This document shows positions 50,430-64,000 of a stretch of 64,000 nucleotides of DNA, piece after piece (within the stretch, counting starts at the first letter, position 1; each line of letters begins with the position of its first letter). The position numbers were made by a program, and so were the translations under genes. A model generated the notes under the pieces. It did no database searches and was not told where the DNA came from. It saw only the letters and a program-made list of their open reading frames with translations. The stretch comes from the human T2T-CHM13v2.0 reference genome, Homo sapiens, in NCBI RefSeq assembly GCF_009914755.1, contig NC_060925.1. One strand, written 5' to 3'.

Positions 50430-51170
50430 TTATTTCATTGCAGTGAATAGAATTAGACTATCACCATTTTGCTCCCCCCCATTAGAAATGAGTGGACCCA
50501 GGTAATAATGAGCATGAATTCCAATGAATAAATGAGAAAGTAATGATGAAATTAGAATATCACCATTTGACCCTCCCTAGAAATTAATGGGTCTAGGCAG
50601 TAATCATCAATAGCTCCTAACATCACAAAAAGTGAGACAAGCAGACATACACTCCCGATGAAAGATCACACCACCACCTATTGTCTTGCCAAAAGGATTG
50701 AACCTAAGTCTGATCAAGCATCTGACAATCTGCAGACAATTTAGAGGACAAAGGAGTGTGTAGTGCTGTACAATGAGTGTGCAATCAGCAAGATCCAGAC
50801 TGTGGGAAACTACAGATCTAAAGGCATGGGTTCTTCAACAGACCAAATGCAAGGAAAGGAAAGGGATGGAGAAGAAAACTATAGATAGAAAAATGAGCAG
50901 CACCAAACCTACAATGACTAGGAATGCACTCAAGTGTGATAAAGCTATTAGAAATGCAAGGAAGAGACAACTACAGATGCCAGGTTAGTGGTTGCTTTTG
51001 AGGAGAGAGAGGAGGCTATGATTGGGGCAGGTGGGGCTCCTGGGGCTGCTGGTAAAGCTCTACTTCAAGATCTGAGTGGTAGTGACAACCAGGCTCACCT
51101 TAGAGTAACTCCTTGAACTACATATTGCTTGCATCTATGTTTTATTTTTACAATATAAAGATAGGAAAAA
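50430..51170 (+). mobile_element. Old L1MC-like 3'UTR fragment
   Basis: aaattagaatatcaccattt...gaacctaagtctgatcaagc...tgcaatcagcaagatccagactgtgggaaac. Confidence 0.6.
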
Positions 51171-51684
51171 AAATGGAAGATGAGAGAGGAGGAAGTGGAG
51201 GCAGCAATTCCAGACAACCTTGATGAAGAGTTAAACTATAAAGGGAAGGATGGGGAGGGGATGGCAGTGAGAGAGGGATGCAGGGTTGAGGGAAAGCTTC
51301 ATTTTGTTTATTATTTTTAAATTTTTTTGGAGAAAGGGTCTAGCTCTGTCACCCCAGGCTAGAGTGCAGGGGCACGATCATAGCTCACTGCAGCCTTGAA
51401 CTCCCAGGCTCAAGTGATGCTCTTGCCTCGGCCTTGTGAATAGCTGGAACTACAGGTGTGTGCTAATTTTTAAATGCCATGCCTAGAAGTTTTAAATTTT
51501 TTGATAGAGATGGGGTCTTGCTATGTTGTCCAGGGTGTTCTTAAACTCCTGGACCAGGTTTTACATTTCTAGCCCAAGACATTTAATGCCTCTCTTTGAT
51601 CCTCTAATAAACTCCCCTATGTTACAAAAACCTAGCCAGTTACATTCCCTCAGCTGTTGTCCAGGCAAGGTCAGGGTCAGTGGC

Positions 51685-52208
51685 TATGGTGGCCGACCTC
51701 CAAGATGGCCCTCATTCTCCCCACTGCCTGGTCTTCCATACTTGGGCAGACCCCTGTCACACTGCAAGAGGGATGGCCCGAGACTGATGGTATCAACAGA
51801 AGCGATACTTGTCACTTCCAAGATTCGTTTATAAAAGACTGTGGCTTCCATCTTGGTCAGTCTCTCTTTCTCTCTCTCTCTCTCTCCTTTGACTTGCTGT
51901 GGAGGGGGCCAGCTGCTAGATCTTGAAGACACTTAGCCATCCCTGTAGAGAGACCCATGTCGCGAGGAACTGAGGCCTGCTGACAACCATGCGGGTCCTT
52001 CAGCAGGGATCCTTCTTTGCCATCACAGAAGACCACAGCCCCGACTAATGTCTCAGCAGCAACCTCATGAGAGTCCCTGGGTCCAGGGACCACCCAGGAA
52101 AGCTGCTCCTGAACTCCTGACGCACAGAAACTGTGAGAAAATAAATGTTCATTGTTTTAAGTGGCTAACTTTGGGGATGATTTGTTATGCAACAATAGAG
52201 AACTAATA
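51685..52208 (+). mobile_element. MLT1F-like MaLR LTR (preceded by AluJ ~51305-51555)
   Basis: cctccaagatggccc...cacagaaactgtgagaaaataaatgttcattgttttaag...gcaacaatagagaactaata. Confidence 0.75.
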
Positions 52209-52784
52209 TGGTGGCTTTCTAACTTTCTAACCATGACCCACAGAAAGAAACAGATTTTACTCAGCATCCCAGTACACCAGCCCATGCACACTTAGACACG
52301 CATACACATGTGCACACACACACGCACACATGCTGGCATGCACTCACCCATGCACATACACAAACATACATACAAGTATTGCTTCATGAAACAATACTTA
52401 CTCCTACTACATATATTCTCCTCACTCTGATATTTTCTAGATTATTGTTTGCTATTTCAACATGCCATTTAAAAGAAAGTGAGAACAGCAAGCCACTAAA
52501 CTAACTTCACAATCCATACACAGGGTGTGGAGCAGCGTGCAGAAGACAAAGAGGAACAAATCGCAATTTCTCGTAGTTTGTCTGTCATCAGTTGACATTT
52601 CAGTAGCCATGATCTTCACTGGCTCACCTTCAAAGCCAGTTTAGTTTTCTTTTGGAAACTAGCCCCTTCTGTATACAGTAAGTACCAAATAAGTGCTGTA
52701 TGATCCCTGTCCTTTACTATGATAGGCACCAGGAGACCAGATGACACTATGCATTATTTTTCTCTGTGTAATGTTTCATAAAGT

Positions 52785-54150
<1,366 letters not shown>

Positions 54151-54537
54151 TAAACTTCTTAAGGGAACAAGATCCAATATCTAAACAATCCTGGCAAGCA
54201 GCCCTTATTGGTTTTAACTTTGTCCCATCTTTAGATTCCAGCCTACACGCCTGGATCTGTTTCTGTTTAGTCAACAGAGTTTTCAAGAGGGGACAAAAAG
54301 TCAGGTTAAAAAAACAAAAAAACAAAATTGGAAACATCTGCTTCTCTTTAAACTGGAGATGTGAAGCAAGCCTGAGGAAATAATGAATATTAGTCATTGT
54401 TAATAGTAGCTGGAATGTGTTGACTCAAATGATCATAAACTCTTCTCTATGTAACCTGCCTATTAAAATCTATGAGTAGTGGTATTTGTTCCCATAATTT
54501 CAGGAACAAAAGGTTGCCTTGCCTAGGTTTATCGAAG

Positions 54538-55070
54538 CCAGGAGTCAGCAACTTTTTCTGTCAAGAGCCCACATAGTAGGCTATTTATACTTTTTTTTTT
54601 TTTTTTTTTTTTTGAGACAGAATCTCACTCTGTCACCCAGGATGGGGTGTAGTGTGATCTTGGCTCACTGCAGCCTTGATCTCCCTGGCTCAATCTTCCC
54701 ACCTCAGCCCCCCGAGGAGCTAGGACTACAGGTGTGCCACACCACACCCAGCTAATTTTTCTATTTTTTGTAGAAACAGGGTCTCGCTATGTTGCCCAGG
54801 CCGGTCTCTCAAACTCCTGGACTCAAGTAATCTGTCCACCTCGATCTCCCAAAATGCTAGGATTACAGGCGAGAGCCATGGCACCCAGCCTATTTATGCT
54901 TTTTAGGCTGTGCAGAGCTTACAGTCTCTGTCACAACTACTGAACTCGGCCTTTGTAACACGAAAGCAGCCATAGACTATACATAAGCATGGCTGTGTTC
55001 CAGTAAAACTTTATTTACAAAAACAGACAGCCAGATTTGGCCCATGGGCCATAGTTTGCTAAGCCCCATT
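54538..55070. mobile_element. MER58-like element split by AluJ (minus, 54591-54890)
   Basis: MER58 motifs on both sides of the Alu (ctgtgttccagtaaaactttatttacaaaaacag). Confidence 0.7.
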
Positions 55071-55348
55071 TTAAGCAGAAGAAAATAATTTAGACTAACG
55101 ATATATGCTACTATACATCAAAATTTAAATCTTAATCTGATATTTTCTCTTTTTTGATAGACAACTACTCTAAAAACTAGTCTTAGTGAGAGTGAAGATA
55201 AACAAATATTTTCAAATGCTGTTGTAGGAATGGAGCTGATGCATTCATTTATTTCTTCAACAGCTGTAAATAGCTGTGAGCCCCACCATATACCAAACAC
55301 TCCACTGGGTACTGGAAACATACAAAAAAAAAAGTGTACCTGCACCAC

Positions 55349-55405
55349 CCTCAATGAGCTCACAGGTCCTCAATGAGCTCACAGGTCCTCAATGTGCTCA
55401 CAGGC
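55349..55405. repeat. 3 x 19-bp tandem repeat cctcaatgagctcacaggt
   Basis: Read directly from the sequence. Confidence 0.88.
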
Positions 55406-55584
55406 TAGTGAAGGGGATGGTTATTTAAAGTTTTTAACTGCTTAAAAAGCGATGGGATGAAAATGTTTACTTATCTCTAATTGAAAACATTTATAGTGGC
55501 ATGAATATATCTGACCAACAACAGCAGCAGTAATTAAAAATAAATAACACAACTGGTTAACTCCAGTCTAAGGTGTCAAATATA

Positions 55585-55878
<294 letters not shown>

Positions 55879-56008
55879 ATGTTCCCACCTGATGTTCTAC
55901 CATTTCAAAGAATGCTCTACATTGCAGTCCATGCTCTGATCTCCCACCTCAACAACCCTTAGAACTCTCCATGGAGCCTCCTACTTTCCCGCCTCACCTT
56001 CTCTCCCA

Positions 56009-56186
56009 GGGCCATGTGCTCTGGATTCATGGACAGGGCAGGCAATGGGCCATGTGCTCTGGATTCATGGACAGGGCAACGGGCCATGTGCTCTGGATTC
56101 ATGGACAGGGCAACGGGCCATGTGCTCTGGATTCATGGACAGGGCAACGGGCCATGTGCTCTGCATTCATGGACAGGGCAATGGGC
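56009..56186. repeat. Minisatellite, ~5 x 34 bp (gggccatgtgctctggattcatggacagggcaac)
   Basis: Three identical central units flanked by two variant units. Confidence 0.95.
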
Positions 56187-56215
56187 TACCGACTCCAGAT
56201 GTCCCACCACCTTAC

Positions 56216-56338
56216 CTCCGGGCACGCAACGGAAGCCGTCTCCCTGATAACCAGGTTTGCACTGGCACGTGAAAGAGCCTGGAGTGTTGTAGCAGAAGGC
56301 GTCAGGGTGACATCGGCTTGGCTGGCATTCATCCACAT
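56216..56338 (-). CDS. NID1: NID1 coding exon (~exon 12), calcium-binding EGF-like repeat
   Basis: (D)[40 protein letters not shown]; acceptor tacag, donor G|gtaagg; 123 nt, phase 1-1. Confidence 0.97.
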
Positions 56339-56568
56339 CTGTAAAACAGCCACCAGGCCCAGGGACAATGAGATTTCTTCTGGAATTCGTAGTTTACCCA
56401 ATAATTTAAGCCACTTACTCAAATCTATGGGAACCTGCTTCTGATCTGGGAACAGTAATCCAAAACTCACTAAACATTAACTATCAAGTCACTAACTCCC
56501 CAATATCTATCTGTCGTACTTGCAAATGTGTTTCACTTTGGCAGCAATGTTTTCATGAAAAATGTTTT

Positions 56569-57002
<434 letters not shown>

Positions 57003-57708
57003 TTATTAACTGCTAGGCAGAAAACCCTCAGTGAAAAGAAAATATTCACATGTTCAGTAATAAAGAGAAAGTATCTCAGAAATTCTATCTTAGTTGGGAC
57101 TTTTTAGAAATACTCTATGGTATAATATTAAGTAATTGTGCAAACCAAGAAACTCAGGGTACTCTATTGATGGGCTATCTTACCTAAAATTACCTGTAAG
57201 AGAACAATGGCAGCCAAGAAGCTCAAGTCTGAAGGATTCTATTGAGTCATTTATACTTTGACTCCGCAGTCATTTATTCAATCAGAGAACTTTGCTTTTT
57301 TGAAGGAGAAGGTTAGAACAAGCCAGTTGAATGGCTACATGTTAATACATCTTATTAAATAAAAGGATAGACTTTAATCTCCATGCATGTCCTCCATGTA
57401 AAAGGACAGTTTGTCTCTTTGTGAAAGACAGAAAATATCCCTGGTTCCTAGCAGAGAGCAGGTGTCTAATTGTCACCTGAATGAACTAGTCACCTAGAAC
57501 AAAACAGTCATCAATGAGAATAGCCCCCAAAAGAAAATGCATAGTTCAAACTACTAGAGAGATATAAAAAGCAACACATTTACTCTGTGGAGATGACAGA
57601 AGAATTCTTTCTTCTATTTGGGAGTGAGTTGGTGATTGGCACATGACAGGTACCACCTAGGAAACTTTCTCAGGTTACACACAGGGGAAGATCAGAGCAA
57701 CCACACAC

Positions 57709-57858
57709 CTTGGCAGGCTTGGCCATCCCCAGAAAAGCCTGGCAAGCAGGAACAGGTGTAGGAGGAGCCTCCTGTGTAGATACACTGGGCCCGCTGGGGT
57801 ATGTCGCAGTTATGAAGGCCAGTTTCACAGTAGTTGATGGGGCGCTGGTCCACGACAG
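57709..57858 (-). CDS. NID1: NID1 coding exon (~exon 11), EGF-like repeat
   Basis: (A)VVDQRPINYCETGLHNCDIPQRAQCIYTGGSSYTCSCLPGFSGDGQACQ; acceptor gaag, donor G|gtgtgt; 150 nt, phase 1-1; not in the ORF track. Confidence 0.96.
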
Positions 57859-59618
57859 CTTCAGAACAAAAGGTTGATGCACAGTCTTAGGAAGAAAGTC
57901 CCCTGAGCAGGCCACATGCCCCTCCCAGCTCTATAAAGAGAGACCATGCCTGGACCCTAGACCTCTAGGCATGTCCACAGCTTCACCCGCACCCCACTCC
58001 TCACTGGGCTGGTACTACTGCTTTCACCGTTTCCTCCCACCTGGGTTCTGCCTCTGATGGGTCTTGGCTGACTGACACCGTGGTTTGTCATTCCACCTGG
58101 CTTGACCTCAGTTTCACTCTGGGGGTCTGTCTCAGGCCACTCTCCAAACTAGATCCCCATCACAGGTCCCCAGGACCCAGCTTTCCCTTCATCTGGATAT
58201 GGGGGTGGGACATCTGCAGATGCCACACTTCTGATGGCAACTCTGTTGAGACTGCTTGGAGGAAAGGAGCTGAGACTTCCATGTGGTGTCTTCAGCCTTG
58301 GCCCACCCTGTACAGGTGGAACATTCACTACAAATGCCCAAGTCAGTCACCCACTTGCCACCAAGGAAGGACAAATAAATGTTTCTAAGGCAGGGAGACA
58401 GCTATGGTTGGAAGACTGTGAGCCTTTGGAGTAGGCAGCCTTGGTATATACCAGGTACCATGGGTCAACCACATGGCCTTAGATAAATTGCCTTATGTTC
58501 TTCCCCCCACCCCCCCCCAACTCTCTCTCTCTCTTTCTCTGTCTGTCTGCACTTAAGGTAGGACAAACTGAAATCAATCTTAAGAAGACTCATGGAGGAA
58601 AAACATGAGTCCTCCTTCATCTGGGATAATCCAACTACACAAAGCCTGATGGGAGGGAATGATTTGTGTTCTGACATTGTGAGGATGGGACTCTGTCCTG
58701 GCTCTGAGTTCTTTTAGAAAATCAGAAGCAAAATGCAATGGTGCCTTAGGAACCCCAGAGTAACTGAACCAGCTGAAAATCACCCTGTAGACCTCAACCT
58801 TTGCCTTCCATCTTGAGGCAACAGCACAAGATGGGGCATTATCAGCTAGCCTCTGTGACACTCACCTCCTCCTCAGCCCTCCTTCCATGAGTTCTATCAT
58901 CAGGACCCTTAAGAGAATCACAGTCCCATCTACTGGCCTCTCTGTGCTTGGCATACTGGAAGTTAACTGCTACAGCTTTTTGCCTAAGCCTGGGCCCTGT
59001 TCTTCCCTCAAGAGAAGAGCTGATGCATGCCATCATGCCCTGCACCAAGATGCCTAGGGGAGGAGAAGTAGGACCTCAAGTTCACCACACTCCATATGCC
59101 AGCCCAGTGTCACAGGGCTATGTCCATTCAGAGGGGTATCTACATCTTCACATCAAGCTGACTTATGGGCAAGCTGAGGCCCACCTTTCCTTCACAAAAA
59201 CATGTTTTGCACATTTCAATTAACTGCAAAAGTTGGTTCCCAGTGGAAAAGAGAGTTATGAGTTTACAGAAAATGCCAAAGATGGAAGTCCACAAACATC
59301 CCTTCCCCGATAATGGATACCAATCCTCATGAAAAGAGAATTCCTCCTGGTCAGTCCACAGGCCCTGCCTGAGCCCCCAGCCCCTCACAGTTGGCAGAGC
59401 ACACCTTGCCCCATTTATTTCTTCACCTTGCCCCATTCTGACCTGCAGGGTAACCTTCCCAGTGCAGGCTTCCGACCTAGAACACTGTTTCAACAAGGAA
59501 TTCCAAGAGAGATGGAATGACCACTCAATTACTCAGTGACAAGCCAGAGTTATTTCTTTGAATGCGTGTAGGCAGACTTGGTTCTACAGTGAGCCTTCTC
59601 TCTGCACAGTGAGTCTCA

Positions 59619-59985
<367 letters not shown>

Positions 59986-61453
59986 TCAGGGGAGAGGACA
60001 AGAGCCTGCCCACAGCTGGCCTGTGTCCTCCTTGACAGCTCCTGAGGCACCTCCAAGAGCTCCATGGGTCACAGGAAACCAATGATCCGGTCTAATCACT
60101 TCATTTTACAGACGAGGAACTGAGCCCCAGAGAGGTTGTCTTCCTCAAAAGTAAATGTCTGAAGCAGACATTTGCCCAGCACCTGTCTTGCATCCCAGCC
60201 TGCCCCTTCAGTGAGTGTGGACATCAGGAATGACTGGATCCAGAAACCCAGGTCACCATGCTCCACACAGGTGTCCCAGGATGGATCTCAGTTACTGTGC
60301 ACATCAGCACCCAAGGGATAAAGTATCCACTGCCCAAGCTTGAGCCGAAGTGTAATGTAAATGGTATGGCCATTAAAATTAAACGTTTGAATCTGCTTAG
60401 CCTCAAAAAGCAGAGAAAGAAATCAGGTCAAATACACAGAAACTGATGTTCCCTACTGAGGAAAAAAAAAAAAGAAGTAACTTCAGCAGAGTGAAAATCT
60501 CAACTGTGCAGAGGGGACTGGCCTCCCTGAGCTCACAGATGTTTGGGTCACACTCAAAATATGAGAACTGCCTGTTCCCTCCCACCCTCAAGACACCACC
60601 TCACCCCACGACCTTGGCAGGCTTACCCAAGCTTTGAGACAGAGCAAAAAGAAAACATTCTAGGGTTTAGCGAACAGTGAGGAAGAGGCAAGAAGATGGT
60701 TTGCTGACATGGTACAAGAGGAATCTGTTTTAAATTGGGAAGACATGTTGAGTTCAGATGCGCATTTGACATGGCACCCTCCAGACCTGGGAACAAGAAT
60801 CTTGAACGACCAGGTCAAAGTGCAGCAGGAGGAAAAAGAGGAAGAATTTAAACAATCTGGCTGTTCGTGGCTGGCCCATCCTCATCATCACCCAAATCAT
60901 CATTCAGCAAGAGCATAATTAACCTAATTAATAGCCGCAACTTACTTCTATAAGGCTAAGAAATTATGCTGCTGCTCGTGGTTGGTAAAATTAAAATCCA
61001 TAAATAGAATGACCCCAGTTGGAATTTTAGGTGTAACTAAAGTAGAATTCAATCTAAGATAGGTAATGATCCAAAAGTACCTATAAGGTGCTCCCTCAAT
61101 GTGAACCCCAAGGCTACTAATTACTGGAAGAAACATGTCTAATAGCTTTATAGTTATTAAAAGCATAATGAAAATGATTAAAAGACGTTTATAAGAGGCA
61201 AATGTAATGCAAAAGCTGGCAACAGGTGAGGCGATGGTATTACTAGTGTAGGCAATAATGTTGCTTACTCATTACACTTGTGACTCTCCAGATAGTTGGA
61301 GGGCAGAGGCTAAGTCTGATTCATCTTTATAAATTGCTCTTCCCAGCACCTTCCAACTTGACCAGACTCATTTTACCTGGGACCAGAACTTTTGCATAAG
61401 AGCTAATGCACACCATGTGAATACTGTTTCGAAAAGTTACCTGGAGAACTTAC

Positions 61454-61579
61454 CCACACACGTTCCCTCATCTGAAAACTGGTAGCCCTCCACACACTCG
61501 CAGCGGAAGGTTCCTGGGTGATTATTGCAGATTGTGTGGCTCCCACACACTGAGGGTTGTTCTGAACATTCATCAATAT
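61454..61579 (-). CDS. NID1: NID1 coding exon (~exon 10), calcium-binding EGF-like repeat
   Basis: Translates (D)IDECSEQPSVCGSHTICNNHPGTFRCECVEGYQFSDEGTCV; acceptor ctgcag, donor G|gtaagt; 126 nt, phase 1-1. Confidence 0.97.
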
Positions 61580-61683
61580 CTGCAGCAAAAATTTTTTTTT
61601 ACTGCAGGCTTTTTTTTAAAGCTCTTCAAACATTACTGACTATAATAAAATAGCATTGTCACCTAAGAATAGATCAATTTTAA

Positions 61684-62003
<320 letters not shown>

Positions 62004-62479
62004 CTATGTATCAAAAGTAGTGTTAAATACAATTTTTGTCTGTGCATAACTGGAGAGAGTGATCCCCATGCCTTTCTCCTAAGGAAACGTGTGCTTCCCC
62101 CACCTCTCCTGGAGTTAATTTCTGAGCCTGGGGCCCCTGAACACGAGTCTTTCCCATTAGATTGCCAAATACATGTTACAAGGACACAGAGACACATCTC
62201 TGGACTCTGAATACTGAGAGTCTCTGAATATTAAATATACTTTCAAATCCTAAACTTGAGAGTATATTTAAATATGCTATTATTCGAAAATATTACTTTC
62301 TCTGTTACTGTTACAAAGGAAAATTGAACAATTTACAGCTTAATTGTGAATTTTTGAATATTATCTAGGGCTTAATGGACTAAAAGGGAAGTCATTCACT
62401 CATGAGATTGTAAATGAACAAAGAGAGTGATGTCCTTTTATATGACAATACTACAGCCACCATCATGGGGTAACGTGGA

Positions 62480-62655
62480 GCAAACAAACATAGGCTTTGG
62501 AGTTGGACATAGCTAGGTTCAAATCCTGCTTCCTTTAGCTATTAACTTGTGTGGTCTTGGGCAAGTTATCCAACTACTCAGCCTCAGTTCTCCCTTTGGT
62601 AAATAAGTATACTACTACTCATCTTGAGGGTTCTTCTGCAGATTACGGAAAATGG
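62480..62655 (+). mobile_element. MIR
   Basis: ggctttggagttggac...ggttcaaatcctgct...tgtgtggtcttgggcaagtta...gcctcagtt. Confidence 0.75.
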
Positions 62656-64000
62656 ATGGAGGTCAGAGAAGCACCCAACAATGTTCCAGACACCCAGCTA
62701 TGATTATACTAACTAGAGATTCATCCAACACCCCAGCCATGGTGATGAATTTGGCTAACTCTGGGAACACGCCCCTCAGATGGCCGCCAGGCTTTGGGGG
62801 CCAGGCTGTGGCTACCACTTGTGTAAGGCTGGTGGGCCCAGGCAAGAAACTGAGCTAACCCGTCATTCCCCCTGGTTATGTGGCCACTGATGGGTTGAAA
62901 TGAACAGTTACACAAGGTCCTTCCCACGTCAACCTCATACTCAGAGTGTAGACAGCTACTTCTGGCATTTCTAAAACCCTGAGATGTGCATGAGGAGGGC
63001 CTCCCAAAGTGCTGGGATTACAGGCGTGAGCCACAGCCCCTAGCCTAAAACAAATTTAGACATGTTTTAGACCTAAAACAAATAAGACATGTTTCTCATA
63101 ATGGCCGAGACCACACAGCTCTTCTCCCCCTCATAAATCTCTTCCCCAGCGCTTTCATATGAATCGTTGACATGTGGGAGTCAAAGCCTCCTATGTCCAC
63201 CTTCAATGTCCAGTCTAGCCAGGCCTTTATTGGTGAGACAAATGTCCTACTGGCCTATTGGTCAACATTGCACAAGACAAGCATTCTTGATCACATCAGC
63301 CTCATAGTTTGTCCTGTACCCAGGCAAATACCCAAACCAAATGCTCTTCAACTTTTAGAGATTATACTGATATGTGCGTGTTCTGTGACGTGTTTAAGAC
63401 ACAAGGTCTCAGGACTGAACCAGGCACTGCCAGAAGGTTCTGGAACAAAGCCCCTCCCAAAGCAGGCTGTTATGCAAGCTGGAGCTGGGGAGGCTGTGGG
63501 GGAGGAGTGCACCCAGCACGTTTGGACTTCACAGCTCCATCCATCAGCTGCCGCTGCAACATGGGAGAAAAAAGGGGCTTCCTGTGTCCACTGCCTCTGT
63601 GCTGCAACTCTCAGAGGACACTCCCAGCACAGATGTCTGGAAACATTGTACATATTGCAGGGCTCAGTGACTTAGACTGCATTGCCAAAGCACGAGAGCA
63701 CAGAGCAGCAGTTTTCAATCAAGAAGACAGAGCAAAATCACAGGGGATCTTCTTCAAGCTCTGTTCCTCCCTGGGAACATTTACGCAAGGGGAAGCTGTG
63801 TTTTGGAAAAGCTTCTATGTGACCAGGCTCTTCTCTCTAGCCCTACCTGAAAAGCTATTGACAAATAGGACCTCAGGGCTGCTGGGATGATGGAGGGAAT
63901 GGTTCCCTAGCACAACCTCCACCTCCATGCCGGCTTACACATACACGCCAGACTAGACAACACCCTTTCTTAAGGGACAAGACCCTAGCAATTTCTGAGC

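Noticed and set aside
55971-56444. Repetitive ORFs (HVLWIHGQG...)
   Set aside because: Translations of the 34-bp minisatellite and the antisense strand of exon 12.
63172-63890. 167- and 193-aa overlapping plus-strand ORFs in the NID1 intron
   Set aside because: No recognisable domain or exon structure, and antisense to the host gene; lengths are plausible by chance.

Overview
Primate (almost certainly human) genomic DNA. It holds the 3' half of NID1 (nidogen-1/entactin) on the minus strand as 11 coding exons; counting back from the last exon of the 20-exon gene these are exons 10-20 (numbering from recall). All have GT-AG boundaries and join in frame, encoding three EGF-like repeats, a thyroglobulin type-1 domain, the YWTD beta-propeller (G3) and the terminal EGF. 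A ~2 kb 3'UTR ends near an AATAAA at 20081-20086. The ~20 kb downstream and the introns are dense with transposons: about 40 Alus, MIR/L2, MaLR and ERV1 solo LTRs, Tigger/MER DNA elements, and a near full-length dead L1PB-like LINE in a four-level nest. I see no new multi-gene system. The most notable observations are: (i) an L1 whose short 5'UTR looks like a spliced-RNA junction; (ii) a near-perfect 8x27-bp double-palindrome minisatellite; (iii) a 60-bp templated copy of an Alu/flank junction 1 kb away; (iv) a minisatellite and inverted Alus around the in-frame skippable EGF exons; (v) a candidate promoter/first exon 4 kb past NID1. Repeat subfamily names come from recalled consensus sequences, and repeat coordinates are approximate.
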